DNA from: Vicinamibacteria bacterium
Lineage (GTDB): Bacteria; Acidobacteriota; Vicinamibacteria; Vicinamibacterales; JAENWD01
Length of the DNA: 64,000 bases
Assembly: GCA_963837165.1 (NCBI GenBank)
Contig: CAWIMD010000008.1
Span: 5,008-69,007, forward strand
Direction: 5' to 3'
This document shows, piece after piece, positions 35,298 to 46,700 of this stretch (its first letter is position 1; the number at the start of each line of letters is the position of its first letter). The position numbers were made by a program, and so were the translations under genes. The notes beneath the pieces were generated by a model. That model saw only the letters and a program-made list of their open reading frames with translations, did not search any database and had not been told where the DNA came from.

Positions 35298-35345
35298 CAC
35301 GAGTATAGCAAGGGCAGAGGCCCGGGTGGGCCGTCGGCGCTGCTG

Positions 35346-35379
35346 AAAAGCAAAAGGGGGAGGGCAGTGCCCTCCCCCT
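35346..35379 (-). terminator. Intrinsic terminator after the TonB-dependent transporter gene
   Basis: Minus strand: AGGGGGAGGGC-ACT-GCCCTCCCCCT followed by TTTGCTTTT. Confidence 0.75.
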
Positions 35380-35406
35380 CGTGCCACAGCCGGCGAGTTC
35401 GTCCTG

Positions 35407-38400
35407 CTAGAAGTAGTACTTGATGACGAACTCGATCACGCGGTGACCGCGCTTCAGGTTGATCTTCCCGAAGTTGTCGATGGTCTGCTGTGTGTAGTGG
35501 AACCCCTGGGTCGGGTCGCAGACGTTCTGCGTGTTGCCGGTCCCGTCAGGCGTCATCGCCCGCACATTACAGACCGTGTCCAACGTCAGGTTGATGTCGT
35601 TGCCGATGTTCGTGTTGGCAAACGCCTGGTTGAACAGGTTGAAGAAGCCCGTGCGGAACTGGATCTTCTGATCTCCGTGGATCTGGAAGTTCTTGAAGAT
35701 CGTCAGATCGTGGTTCATGCGGGTGGGCGTCCGGATGTTGTACGGCGGCACCAGCGCACCGGTGGTGCCGAAGTCGGGCACGGCAATGCAGTTGAGATCG
35801 AGAATCTTCTCGCCCACATTTCCGCCGCTGAGTCGTGGATCGCACGGATAGACAGGGGCCAACCCGTTGCCTGCCGTATTCGACGGACCGACGACGTCGG
35901 CCGTGCCGAAGTAGGCTGACGAGATCGCGTTGGACGCCGCATCGCCGGAGAACACGGGCGTGATCGGAATGCCGCTCGCCAGCGTCGAGATGCCGGAGAG
36001 TTGCCATCCGTTGAGCACGCCGCGCAGGACCGGGTTGTCGAGCGCCCCACGCGCGCCATCAGGGAGGAACGCGTTCCACGACACGTTGAGGACGTGGGTG
36101 CGGTCCGAGCTGAGGACGCCGTAGGTTCGCGACGGATCATACGGATCGATCGTCGAGTACTCGCCGCCCAGTGAGCCCTTCGTCCTCCCAAGCGTGTAGG
36201 CAACGAAGTACTGCAGCCGCTTGCCGGTCTGACGGCTCAGCGTGACCTGCATGGAGTCGTAGTCGCTCACGCCGTGGTAGTCGTAAACCGTGATGCCCGA
36301 CAGCGCGTTGAACGGACGGAACGAGGCGAGGTTGTCACTGACGCTCGCAACCGCGACTCGGTTGATCGGCACCGACAGGTCCACGCCGTTGAAGGTGCCC
36401 GTCGCCAGGATGCCATACGGCATGACGTTCCCGTTGCTGCGGCTGACGAGATTGCGGCCTCGCGTGCCGACGTAGGCCACCTCGACGACCTGCTGCCACG
36501 GGATGCGCCGCGCGTACGAGACGCTGAAGCTGTGGGTGGTCGGCCACTTCAGCGAGTCGGGCGTCGGCGTGTTGATGCCGATGCTGCCGATGCGGTCCGC
36601 CATCGTGATGAGGCTTGCCGTGTCGTAGGTCAGCCCCGTGTTGTTGGCGATGCTCCCGCTGTTCCAGAAGTCGGCCTCGACCGCGTAGGCGTTCGGCGGC
36701 AGACGCAGGGCGTTGTCGTATTCGACGTTGCCCATGTTGCGGTTGTAGAACAGGCCGTAGCCGCCGCGGAGGACGTTCTTGCCCTCGCCGTCGATGTCCC
36801 ACGCGGCGTTCACGCGGGGCAGGGCGAAGGCCGACCGGTTGGGCAGGGTGCCCGAGGGCGCACACCCGTTGTAGACGTAGCAGACGCCGTTCAGGAGCTT
36901 GTAGGTGCCCGGATCCAGGAACGACCCCGCGGTCGGATCGTAGAGCGACGGCGTGAAGTACCCGCCCTCTCCGTTGAGCTCCTCGTTGTTCGTCCACTTG
37001 CCGAACCGGACGCCGAACTCGAGGGTCAGGTTCGGCCGGATCTTCCAGCTGTCCTGCGCGAAGGCGTCGAGGTCCCAGTACCGGAATTCGCCGTACGGCA
37101 TCCCGGCGAGGGGCTTGCCCTTGATGGCGGTGCCCTGGTCGAGCTCGCCGATGTTGCCCGTCAGCATGTCGGCCGCCGAGTTGCCCGTGCCGGTGTTGTT
37201 GTCCGTGCCGAACCACAGCTGGCCGGACTCGTTGTTCTGGAAGTCCTGCTGCTTCTGCCCGCGCTCGACCGTAACGCCGAACTTGAGGCCGTGCGAGCCC
37301 ATCAGCTTTGTCAGCTTGTCGCTGAACTGCAGCGAGTCGTTGTGCGCATACACGTTCGGCGCGGCCGACCAGAGGTTGCCCACCTGACCGCTGCCGCCCC
37401 AGCCGTGGAGCAGCTGCGTCGGGAGCTCAGGACCGGTCGGGTACGGGAACTGGATGCCGTTGAACGTCACGCCCCCGGCGCCCTGCGCGACCAGGCTCGG
37501 GTCCTTCCAGTAGTTGTCGAGCGTCAGGCGCGTGTAGCTGACCAGCGCCTCGTTCGTCATCGAGGGGCTCAGCACCGAGACGAGGTTGGTGCTGTAGGAC
37601 CGGCCGAGCTCCTTGTCGACGTTGGGTGTCGGCAGCGCCACGTCCGAGGGCGCCCACCAGGTGCCGCGCGGGGCCTCGACGTTGGCCGGATCGCGCGAGA
37701 CCCGGACGAACGCCTTCGTGTTGTTGCTGATGTTCCAGTCGAACCGCATGTTCATGTCTTCGCGGTTCTGCGGCTCGAGCGAGTGATAGACGTAGTTGAA
37801 CAGGTTGTTCGGATCCGAGTAGTTCGGATCGGGGTAGAGGTTCGCCAGGTACGTGCCGAGCGGCGTCATGTACGGCGTCATGTCGTTGTTCGGCGCCGGA
37901 TTGCCTGCCCCCGGATGGCCCTGCGGGATCCGGAGCTGCGGGATGCTGTTCAGGTTCGAGCCGCTATTGGCGAGCAGCTCGCTGAAGTCGCCGTTCTTCA
38001 TCGCCTGCGAGTACGTGCGCGTGAAGCGGCTGCCGGAGTCGACCTGCTGGCGCTGCCACTCGTACGCGAAGAAGAAGAACAGCTTGTCCTTGTTCTTCGT
38101 GTAGCTGTCGCCGAAGTAGATCGGACCGCCGACGTTGAAGCCGGGGTACTTGTAGGTGGCCTTCGGCTTGTCCACGCCCGCGATCGAGTTCGACCGGTCG
38201 TTGGCCGCAAACCTCGAATCGCGAAGGTAGTAGTAGCCCTCGCCGTGGAACTGCGAGGTGCCCGCCTTGGTGACGCCGCTGACGTTCATGCCGCCGGCGC
38301 CGTACTCGGCCGCGAAGTTGCTGCTCTGGACCTTGACCTCGGAGATCATGTCGTTGTTCAACGACACCATCATTCCGCAGTTGCACCCGATGTCCAGGAG

Positions 38401-39027
38401 GTTCGAGCCGTCGAGCTGGGCCGTGTTGCCGGACGACCGGATGCCGTTGACGGTGTAGTTCTGGACGTCCTTGGCGCGGCCGGTGTCGCTGCCGATGTCG
38501 AAGTCGGTGACCACACCCGGAAGGATGCGGAGCAGTTCGAGCGCGCTGCGACCCATGACCGACAGGTTGTCGATCTGCTTGGTCGTCAGGACGCCTTCAC
38601 GCGCGCCGGTCTCGGTCTGAATCACTTCCTGCTGGGCCGTGACCGTGATGGTCTCGGTCTGCGCGCCAACTTCCAGCTTGATGTCGATGCCGCGCTGGTC
38701 GTTGGGGCTGATGGAGACGCTCTTCTGCTCGTAGGTCTTGAACCCGGACAACTCGACCTTCAGGTCGTAGGCGCCTGGGAAAACGACCAGGAGATAGCCG
38801 CCACGGTCGTCGGTGACCGCGGTGTTGACCGCCTTGGTGCCGGTGTTGGTAACGGTGATGGTCGCGCCGGGCAGCACGCCGCCACTGGTGTCGGTGACCG
38901 TGCCACGAATCGTTGCCGTGGTCGAGGCCTGGCCGAACACCGTCGAGCTGAGCGCCAGGAGTGCCGCCACTGCCAGGGCACCCACTCGCGTCATCCGCCT
39001 CACGTGGTGCAAGCAAACGTTAAACAT
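35407..39027 (-). CDS. TonB-dependent transporter (Oar-like, N-terminal carboxypeptidase-regulatory-like domain)
   Basis: GAGGAG SD before ATG 39027; GTVTDTSGGVLPGATIT, EVKVQSSNFAAEYG, QDSWK..LTLEFGVRF, C-terminal aromatic residue (KYYF). Confidence 0.9.
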   Translation of the reverse strand: MFNVCLHHVRRMTRVGALAVAALLALSSTVFGQASTTATIRGTVTDTSGGVLPGATITVTNTGTKAVNTAVTDDRGGYLLVVFPGAYDLKVELSGFKTYEQKSVSISPNDQRGIDIKLEVGAQTETITVTAQQEVIQTETGAREGVLTTKQIDNLSVMGRSALELLRILPGVVTDFDIGSDTGRAKDVQNYTVNGIRSSGNTAQLDGSNLLDIGCNCGMMVSLNNDMISEVKVQSSNFAAEYGAGGMNVSGVTKAGTSQFHGEGYYYLRDSRFAANDRSNSIAGVDKPKATYKYPGFNVGGPIYFGDSYTKNKDKLFFFFAYEWQRQQVDSGSRFTRTYSQAMKNGDFSELLANSGSNLNSIPQLRIPQGHPGAGNPAPNNDMTPYMTPLGTYLANLYPDPNYSDPNNLFNYVYHSLEPQNREDMNMRFDWNISNNTKAFVRVSRDPANVEAPRGTWWAPSDVALPTPNVDKELGRSYSTNLVSVLSPSMTNEALVSYTRLTLDNYWKDPSLVAQGAGGVTFNGIQFPYPTGPELPTQLLHGWGGSGQVGNLWSAAPNVYAHNDSLQFSDKLTKLMGSHGLKFGVTVERGQKQQDFQNNESGQLWFGTDNNTGTGNSAADMLTGNIGELDQGTAIKGKPLAGMPYGEFRYWDLDAFAQDSWKIRPNLTLEFGVRFGKWTNNEELNGEGGYFTPSLYDPTAGSFLDPGTYKLLNGVCYVYNGCAPSGTLPNRSAFALPRVNAAWDIDGEGKNVLRGGYGLFYNRNMGNVEYDNALRLPPNAYAVEADFWNSGSIANNTGLTYDTASLITMADRIGSIGINTPTPDSLKWPTTHSFSVSYARRIPWQQVVEVAYVGTRGRNLVSRSNGNVMPYGILATGTFNGVDLSVPINRVAVASVSDNLASFRPFNALSGITVYDYHGVSDYDSMQVTLSRQTGKRLQYFVAYTLGRTKGSLGGEYSTIDPYDPSRTYGVLSSDRTHVLNVSWNAFLPDGARGALDNPVLRGVLNGWQLSGISTLASGIPITPVFSGDAASNAISSAYFGTADVVGPSNTAGNGLAPVYPCDPRLSGGNVGEKILDLNCIAVPDFGTTGALVPPYNIRTPTRMNHDLTIFKNFQIHGDQKIQFRTGFFNLFNQAFANTNIGNDINLTLDTVCNVRAMTPDGTGNTQNVCDPTQGFHYTQQTIDNFGKINLKRGHRVIEFVIKYYF

Positions 39028-39140
39028 GGGTCTCCTCAGGGGTCTCCATAACGAGCGAGGTTTGACCACTGTCATTGGGTGGGCAGAGTAATACACAAGT
39101 ACTAGTCGGCAAGTCAAACCGAAATTTCGTAAGCGGGTGA

Positions 39141-39171
39141 ACCACTTACTGACCACTTTGGGCAAAGTGGT
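39141..39171. promoter_or_regulatory. Candidate operator in the AT-rich TBDT upstream region
   Basis: Perfect inverted repeat ACCACTTTG-GG-CAAAGTGGT (39152-39171), plus an extra ACCACTT half-site 11 bp away. Confidence 0.45.
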
Positions 39172-39591
39172 AAACACTCTTTTGAATTATCCAAATGCAA
39201 ATTGCTTATGGGTTATTGGATTCCCGATAACGAAATCATGGATCTGATGGGGAACGTCCAGTCCGCCAGCGGTTTGCGGCCGTTCAAATGGCCGGATCCG
39301 GTGGGAGGTTCCAGGTAATCGTCTTCATCCGCCACAAAATGGCACCTGGCAACCCCCACGGAGGAGTGCAGCCGATTGACCCGGCGTCACCCAGGTTGGA
39401 GCAAAAAAAATTTTCTGCGGCGGCCGGATCCGCTGCCCTGGGGGTCAGACGCGCCCGACGGCCGAATCCCGCACGGGACGCCAGGCTGACGTGATATTTG
39501 CCCCCAGGTAGCACGTTCCCGCTATTCCGCTCTCGAGTGGAACGTGGCCAAATGGCTGCGGACGTCGTCCAGCAGGCTGGACCCGCCTCCC

Positions 39592-40386
39592 ATGGCAGAC
39601 CTCGCGGATTCCCACGAGCGTTCCCCCTCGGTGCCGGCGCTGGACCGTGCGCTGACGGTCCTGGAGTGTCTTGCCCAGTCGCGCCGGGGCTACTCGGTAT
39701 CCGAGCTGAGCCGGCGACTCGCCCTTCCCAAGAGCTCCGTGCACCTGATCCTGCGCACGCTGGAGCGCCGGGGTTACCTGCAGCGGCAGGCGGCCGGCGG
39801 CCGGTACCGGTTCGGCATGAAGCTGGTGGCGCTGGGACGCCAGGCGCTCGAGGGCGTGGAGCTCAGAGACGAGGCGCGGCCCGCGCTGGCTGCCCTGGCG
39901 CGCACGACCGGCCTGACCGCCCAGGTCGGCATCCTGGAGCGGAGCGAGATCGTGATCATCGACCGGGTCGAATCGGCCAGCCCGATCCGCGTCGTGTCGT
40001 GGGTGGGTCGCCGGATGCACGTCAACTCCACGGCGGTCGGCAAGGCCCTGATCGCGTTTCTTCCTCCCGCCGACTTCGACGCGCAGGTCCACGGGGCGAC
40101 GCTGCCACGGTCCAACGAGCACACCATTGCCACGCTGCCGGAGCTCGAGCGGGAGCTGGAGCGGGTCCGGCAGCAGGGCTATGCGGTCTGCGACGAAGAG
40201 GACGAGATCGGGGTCCGCTCGGTCGGGGCGCCGATTCTGGATCGCCAGGGCCGCGCGATTGCCGCCATCAGCGTGGCGGGCACCACGGGGCAGGTGCCGC
40301 CGGAGCGGCTTGCGGAGCTGGGCGAGGCCGTCAGGGCCGCGGCCACGGAGATCGCCGCGCGCGTGCAGCGCGTCTACGCACTCTGA
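39592..40386 (+). CDS. IclR family transcriptional regulator
   Basis: VPALDRALTVLE..LPKSSVHLILRTL HTH; STAVGKAL, GYAVCDEE..GVRSVGAPI, AAISVAG. Confidence 0.92.
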   Translation: MADLADSHERSPSVPALDRALTVLECLAQSRRGYSVSELSRRLALPKSSVHLILRTLERRGYLQRQAAGGRYRFGMKLVALGRQALEGVELRDEARPALAALARTTGLTAQVGILERSEIVIIDRVESASPIRVVSWVGRRMHVNSTAVGKALIAFLPPADFDAQVHGATLPRSNEHTIATLPELERELERVRQQGYAVCDEEDEIGVRSVGAPILDRQGRAIAAISVAGTTGQVPPERLAELGEAVRAAATEIAARVQRVYAL

Positions 40387-40395
40387 CCCCCAATC

Positions 40396-40460
40396 GGGGA
40401 CTGTCCCCGCCTCCGCTGGGAATCGGGGACTGTCCCCAAAGCGGGGGGCGTGTCTCGAAA
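40396..40460 (-). repeat. GGGGACAGTCCCC REP doublet with a TTTCGAGACACGCCCC flank
   Basis: GGGGACTGTCCCC at 40396 and 40425; the flank is shared with the copy at 59217. Confidence 0.85.
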
Positions 40461-40642
40461 CGGGGCACGGACGCGTGTACCCCTTTCGAACTATTCCGCC
40501 CTAGTGGATTTGTTGCGACCCCCTTTGACGCGCGCTCCACTAGAATTTCCCCCACCCGCCCTTCCTGAATACTGGCGCCGCCCTCCGGCCGCGGGTTCTC
40601 GTCCGGAGTGGTCGGCCATTTCTCGATCGGGACCGGATCGCG

Positions 40643-43552
40643 ATGCTTCAACGCCTAGGCACGCCTCTCGCCGTTGTCCTCACGCTGACCGGCATTTACC
40701 TGTACGGGTTCCCGGAGCCGAACCTGCCCTACGCCGTGGCCATCATGGCTCACGTCCTCCTGGGCCTGGGCCTGGCGGTCCTTCTGCTGCCGCGGCTGGT
40801 CACGGCCTTCCGCGGGCAGGCGCTGGAATCGCGCCTCGGGTGGCTGCTGGTCGCGGCGGGCGCGGCGCTCGGGATCGTGCTGATCGGGACCGGCGGGACG
40901 CTGCCCTACCGCCCGCTCGTCTTCGCGCACCTGGCGGCTTCGGCCGTCGGGGTGACGGTGCTGCTCTCAGCCTGGCTGCGGTCCCGCGGCGTGCTGGCCA
41001 GAGGGCCCGCGGCGGGGGTCGCGCGTTATGCCGCCCTGGGCGCCGTCCTCGTCGCGACCGGCGCCGGCACGTACTACACGCGGGTCATCCGCCATGACGA
41101 GGCGTACCGGATCACGAACCCGTCCATGCCGCCCGACGCGATGACGCACGAGGGGCTCGGACGCTCCGGACCGTTCTTCCCGAGCTCCACGCGCACGCCC
41201 GACGGGCATCCGATCAAGTCCACCTTCTTCATGGACTCCAAGGCGTGCGAGCGCTGCCACCGCGACATCTACCACGAGTGGTACAGCTCGGCGCACCACT
41301 TCTCGTCGTTCAACAACCAGTGGTACCGCCAGGCCGTCGTCTACATGCAGGACGTGGTCGGGGTGCAGCCGTCGAAGTGGTGCGGCGGCTGCCACGATCC
41401 GGCGGTGCTCTTCAGCGGGCTGATGAACACGCCCATCCGGCAGATCATCAACCGGCCCGAATCGCAGGCCGGCCTGGGCTGCGTCGCCTGCCACGCCATC
41501 GTGTCGGTCAACAGCACGATGGGACAGGGCAACTACACGATGGAGTACCCGACGCTGTCGGATCTGGCCGCCAGCGAGCAGCCCGTCACGCGCTTCCTGC
41601 ACGACTTCATCGTGAAGCTCAACCCGGAGCCGCACCGCCGCGCGTTCCTGAAGCCGTTCATGAAGCAGCAGGCGCCCGACTTCTGCTCGGCCTGCCACAA
41701 GGTGCACCTCGACGTGCCGGTGAACGGATACCGCTGGATCCGCGGATTCAACGACTACGACAACTGGCAGGCCAGCGGCGTCTCGGGCATGGGCGCGCGC
41801 TCGTTCTACTACCCGCCCAAGCCGCAGCTGTGCGTGGACTGCCACATGCCGAAGGTCAAGTCCGACGACTTCGGCAACAAGCACGGTCTGATCGCGTCGC
41901 ACCGGTTCGCAGCCGCCAACACCGCGCTGCCGACGGCCAACCAGGACGAGCCGCAGCTGAAGGCCGCCGAGCAGTTCCTCAAGGACGCCGTGACCGTGGA
42001 CGTCTTCGCGCTCGGCCCGGTGATCAAGCGGACGGGCGGCACGATGCTGCCGGGCGGCGACCTCAACACGACCTTCGCCGTGGGCGAGGAAGGCAGCATG
42101 GAGTCGCGCGGCGCAGGCGTGGCCGACACCGGGCCGGCCGAGCCGGTCAGCGCGCCGCTGGACCGCGTGGACGCGGCCGTCCGCCGCGACGACACGGTCC
42201 GCGTGGACGTCGTGGTGCGCACCCGGCGCGTCGGGCACTTCTTCCCCGGCGGCACGGTGGACGCGTTCGACGTCTGGGTCGAGCTCCAGGCCGTGGACGA
42301 CAGGGGCCAGATCCTCTTCTGGAGCGGCGCCGTGGACGACGGCGGCAAGGGCCCGGTGGACCCGGGCGCCCACTTCTACAAGTCGCTGCAGGTGGACGCC
42401 AACGGCAACGTGATCAACAAGCGCAACGCGTGGTCCACGCGCGCGGTGGTCTACGTCAAGCTGATCCCGCCGGGCGCGGCCGACACCGTGCACTACCGGC
42501 TGCACATTCCCGAGTCGGCCGGCAACCGGATCACGCTCAAGGCGAAGCTGAACTACCGGAAGTTCATGTGGTACAACACGCAGTTCGCCTACGCGGGCGA
42601 GCCCGATCCGGCGGGCCACGGCGCGGTGACGAAGGACCACGACGACCGCCACTTCGTCTTCACGGCCGACACCTCGGACGTGTCGGGCAAGGTGAAGCAC
42701 ATCCCCAACCTCCCCATCGTCGTCATGTCCGAGAGCGAGGCGTCACTGCGCGTGCTGCCGAAGGACGCACCGCAGCCCGAGTGGAAGACGGTGCTGAAGC
42801 CCGAGGACTGGACGCGCTGGAACGACTACGGCATCGGTTTCCTGCTGCAGGGCGACCTCAGACACGCGGAGGCGGCTTTCGAGAAGATCACCGAGATCGA
42901 TCCGAAGAACCCGGACGGGTGGGTGAACATCGGGCGGGTGCGCGTGCAGGAGGGCAACGTGGCCGGCGCTCGCGAGGTGCTCGAGAAGGCGGTCGCGCTG
43001 GCGCCCGACCTGGCGCGCGCGAACTACTTCATGGCGCGCGTGGAGAAGTCCGAGGGCAAGCTGCAGGACGCCGCGGACCGGCTGCGGAAGGTCATCCTGC
43101 AGTACCCGAAGGACCGGGTCGTGCGCAACGACCTCGGGCGGGACCTCTTCCTGATGCGGAAGTACAAGGAGGCGGTGGACCAGTTCGAGCAGACGCTGAC
43201 GATCGACCCCGAGGACCTGACAGCCCACTACAACCTGATGCTCTGCTACAACGGGCTCAACGACGAGGCGCGCTCGAAGGCGCACGAGGAGCGCTATCTG
43301 CGCTTCAAGGCGGACGAGGCGTCACAGTCGATCACGGGGCCGTACCGCCTGAAGAATCCGGCGGACAACAACGAGCGGCAGAGCATCCACGAGCACGACT
43401 CGGTGAACCTGGCCCAGGTGGACGGCCACGGCGTGTGGCACGACCCGGAGCGGCCCGCGGCCGCGCCGGCACGACCGTCCCAGCGCCAGGCGGAGATGGT
43501 GGCGCCCGCGCCGTCTCACCGGTCCGCGTCGAGGGCCGCCGGCGGGCGATAG
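40643..43552 (+). CDS. Membrane-anchored penta-haem cytochrome c with C-terminal TPRs
   Basis: About 5 N-terminal hydrophobic helices; CERCH, CGGCH, CVACH, CSACH, CVDCH; GHFFPGG; TPRs from WNDYGIGF onward. Confidence 0.85.
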   Translation: MLQRLGTPLAVVLTLTGIYLYGFPEPNLPYAVAIMAHVLLGLGLAVLLLPRLVTAFRGQALESRLGWLLVAAGAALGIVLIGTGGTLPYRPLVFAHLAASAVGVTVLLSAWLRSRGVLARGPAAGVARYAALGAVLVATGAGTYYTRVIRHDEAYRITNPSMPPDAMTHEGLGRSGPFFPSSTRTPDGHPIKSTFFMDSKACERCHRDIYHEWYSSAHHFSSFNNQWYRQAVVYMQDVVGVQPSKWCGGCHDPAVLFSGLMNTPIRQIINRPESQAGLGCVACHAIVSVNSTMGQGNYTMEYPTLSDLAASEQPVTRFLHDFIVKLNPEPHRRAFLKPFMKQQAPDFCSACHKVHLDVPVNGYRWIRGFNDYDNWQASGVSGMGARSFYYPPKPQLCVDCHMPKVKSDDFGNKHGLIASHRFAAANTALPTANQDEPQLKAAEQFLKDAVTVDVFALGPVIKRTGGTMLPGGDLNTTFAVGEEGSMESRGAGVADTGPAEPVSAPLDRVDAAVRRDDTVRVDVVVRTRRVGHFFPGGTVDAFDVWVELQAVDDRGQILFWSGAVDDGGKGPVDPGAHFYKSLQVDANGNVINKRNAWSTRAVVYVKLIPPGAADTVHYRLHIPESAGNRITLKAKLNYRKFMWYNTQFAYAGEPDPAGHGAVTKDHDDRHFVFTADTSDVSGKVKHIPNLPIVVMSESEASLRVLPKDAPQPEWKTVLKPEDWTRWNDYGIGFLLQGDLRHAEAAFEKITEIDPKNPDGWVNIGRVRVQEGNVAGAREVLEKAVALAPDLARANYFMARVEKSEGKLQDAADRLRKVILQYPKDRVVRNDLGRDLFLMRKYKEAVDQFEQTLTIDPEDLTAHYNLMLCYNGLNDEARSKAHEERYLRFKADEASQSITGPYRLKNPADNNERQSIHEHDSVNLAQVDGHGVWHDPERPAAAPARPSQRQAEMVAPAPSHRSASRAAGGR

Positions 43553-43559
43553 GGCTCAT

Positions 43560-43735
43560 ATGTAGCGCAGGCCTTCAGGCCTGCCCTGCAGCGCCTGGCC
43601 CGGGCAGGGCTGAAGCCCTGCGCTACACGTGGAACGCCCGGGCAGGGCTGACCAGCCTCCGCTAAAGCTAGTGTCCTTGCGAGCTGGGGCATCGGGGACA
43701 GGCCCCAGTGTCCTTGCGAGCTGGGGCCTGTCCCC
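43560..43735. repeat. GTAG REP pair (43560-43627) plus variant GGGGACAGGCCCC inverted doublet (43694-43735)
   Basis: Motifs seen directly; also a direct repeat of AGTGTCCTTGCGAGCTGGGGC. Confidence 0.8.
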
Positions 43736-43753
43736 GTGTACGATTGATCCCCC

Positions 43754-46700
43754 ATGCGTAGAACGCTCCTGCCGCTCGGCCTGATTGCCGTCCTCCTCGC
43801 GCTCGTCGCGCCGCGCCTGGCCGCCACCCGTGGGCAGGCGCCCGCCCGGGTCGCCGCGCCGGCCGACGCCGTCCGCCAGAACAACCTCGGCGTGGCATCG
43901 ATGAATCAGCAGAAGTTCGAGGTCGCGCTCGATGACTTCGACAAGGCGCTCGCGGCGCAGCCGGACCTGATCCTCGCCCAGGTGAACAAGGCCGTGGCGC
44001 TGCTCGCCCTGCAGCGGTTCGACGACGCGCAGCAGATCCTCGAGCGCGTGGTGAAGGCCGACCCGAAGAACGCACGCGGCTGGTACAACCTCGGCCTGCT
44101 CCACAAGGGACTGGGCAACACCGACCAGGCGCTCGCGGCCTTCCGCCGCGTCATCGAGCTCGCGCCAGACGATGCGCACGCGCGGTATTTTGCCGGCCTG
44201 CTCGCCAGCCAGGACCAGCACTACGACGTCGCCATCCAGGACTTCACCAAAGCACTCGACATCGACCCGTTCCTGATCTCGGCCGAGTTCGGCCTGGCGC
44301 GCGCTTATCAGCGGAGCGGCAACCAGGACGAGGCGCGGGCGCACATGGAGCGCTTCTCGCGCATCACGCAGGAAAAGGTCGCCTCGGCCATGAGCCTCGC
44401 GTACGGCGACCAGGGGCCGCTGTCGCTCGCCGAGGCCGGGCAGCTGCCGGCGTCGGCGCTGGCCGCGATTCCGGTCACCTTCGTCACCACAGCCCCGCAG
44501 CCGCAGGTCGCCACTCCCCTGAACGCGTCGATCGGGCCCGGCGCGTGTCTCATCGACGCCGACGGCAACGGGACGGCCGATCTGGTCTCCGTCAGCCCCA
44601 ATCCGGCGGCAAAGGCGGCGGCCCTGTTCCTGAACCGCGCGGGCACGTGGGTGCCGTCGCAGGCGAGCGGTCTCGACGCGACCGGTCCCGGCATCGGCTG
44701 CAGCGTGGGCGACTACGACAACGACGAGCATCCCGATCTGGCGATCACCGCCGGCGGCGGCGTGACGCTCTTCCACAACGACGGCAAGGGCATCTTCACG
44801 CGCGGTCCGGCGCTCGACGCGCACGGCCACGCGACGGGCGTCCTGTTCGTGGACTTCGATCACGATGCCGATCTCGATGTGTACGTCCTCGGCGGCACCG
44901 GCCCCGACACGATGTTCCGCAACAACGGCGACGGCACGTTTGCCGACGTCACCGCCGATCGCGGCCTGGCGGGCGCAGGCGCCGATCGCATGGCCACGGC
45001 CAGCGATCTCGACAACGACCGCGCCATCGACCTGATCGTCACCGGTGATCGGGGCGTGTCGATCTACCTGAATCCGCGCGAAGGCAAGTTCATCTCGCTC
45101 GACGCGAGCGCATGGTCCCCATCGCCGCCCTCGTCTGTCGTCGGCGTTGCCGTTCTCGACTTCGACAAGGACGGCTGGATGGACCTGGCCTTCACGCACG
45201 CGGGCGCGCCGGGCCTGAGCCTCTGGCGCAACGAGGCCGGCAAGCGGTTCGCGCGCGTCCCGCTGCCCGATCTCCCGCTCGACCGCGCGTACGGCGTCGC
45301 GCAGATCGACTACGACAACGACGGCTGGCTGGATCTCGCGGCCGCCGGTTCCAAAGCCGGCAGGAGCGGCATCGTCGTGTTGCGTAACGTCCAGGGCAGC
45401 TTTCAGGACGTGAGCGCCATCGTGGGCGCCGACAAGGCGTCGCCGCCGGCGATTCCCAGGGATCTCCTGGCCGACGATGTGGATGGCGACGGAGATGCGG
45501 ACCTGGTCGTGGCCGATGCCAATGGCGGCTCCGTAGTCCTTCGCAACGACGGCGGGAACGCGCACAAGAGCCTGCGCCTGACGCTGAAGGGTCTGAACGA
45601 CAACCGGAGCGGCCTCGGTACGAAGGTCGAGGTCCAGGCCGGCGCGATCTGGCAGAAGTTCGAGACGGTGGGTGCGACCGGCTATCTCGGCTCAGGTGCG
45701 CCGGGACTGCTGGTCGGCCTTGGCGACAACGCGACGGCCGACGTCGTCCGGCTGCTCTGGCCCACCGGCGTCGTCCAGGACGAGATCCAGCTCGCGGCCG
45801 ACACGCCGCACGAGATCCAGCAGATCGATCGCCGCGGCAGCTCGTGCCCGATCCTCTTCACGTGGAACGGCGAGCGCTTCGAGTTCATTTCCGACACGAT
45901 TGGCCCGGCCGTCATCGGGCACTGGGTGGCGCCGGGCGAGTACGACACGCCGGACACCGACGAGCTCGTCAAGGTTACCGGCGATCAGTTGAAGCCGCGG
46001 GACGGGAAGCTGTCGCTGCACTTCACCGAGCCGATGGAGGAGGTGAACTACCTCGATCGGGCGAAGCTGTTCGCGATCGATCACCCGCGCGGCACGGAGG
46101 TCGATCCCAACGAGCGCTTCGCGGCGACGCCGCCCTTCCCGGTCGATCGCGTGATCGCGTCTCGCGGCGCGCGGCTGCCGCACGGCGCGTGGGACGAGCA
46201 TGGCCGCGACCTGATGCCTGCGCTGCGCGCGGCCGACCATCACTTCGTCGACAACTTCGCGAACGCGCCGTTCAAGGGATTCGCGGCGCTGCACGCCCTG
46301 GAGCTCGACCTGGGTCCGCTGCCGGCCGGCGCGCCGGTGCGCCTGCTGATGCGGGGCTTCACCGACTACTTCACGGCCAACTCGATGTACGCGGCGGACC
46401 AGGCGAAGCTCGCCGTGATCGTGCCGTACCTCGAAGCGCGGCGCGCCGACGGCTCGTGGGTCCGGGTCAGCGACGACATCGGGTTCCCCGCCGGGCTGCT
46501 GCGGACCATGGTGGCGGACCTGACGGACGTTCTGCCTCCAGGCACGCGCCGGATCCGCATCTGGACGAACCTCAAGGTGTACTGGGACCAGGTGCTCGTG
46601 GACACGACGCCGGACGGCGCCGTGCCGTTCGTGCGGACGGAGATCCCGCTGCTCTCGGCACGGCTCTCGTTCCGCGGCTACCCGCGCGAGGTGCAGCGGG

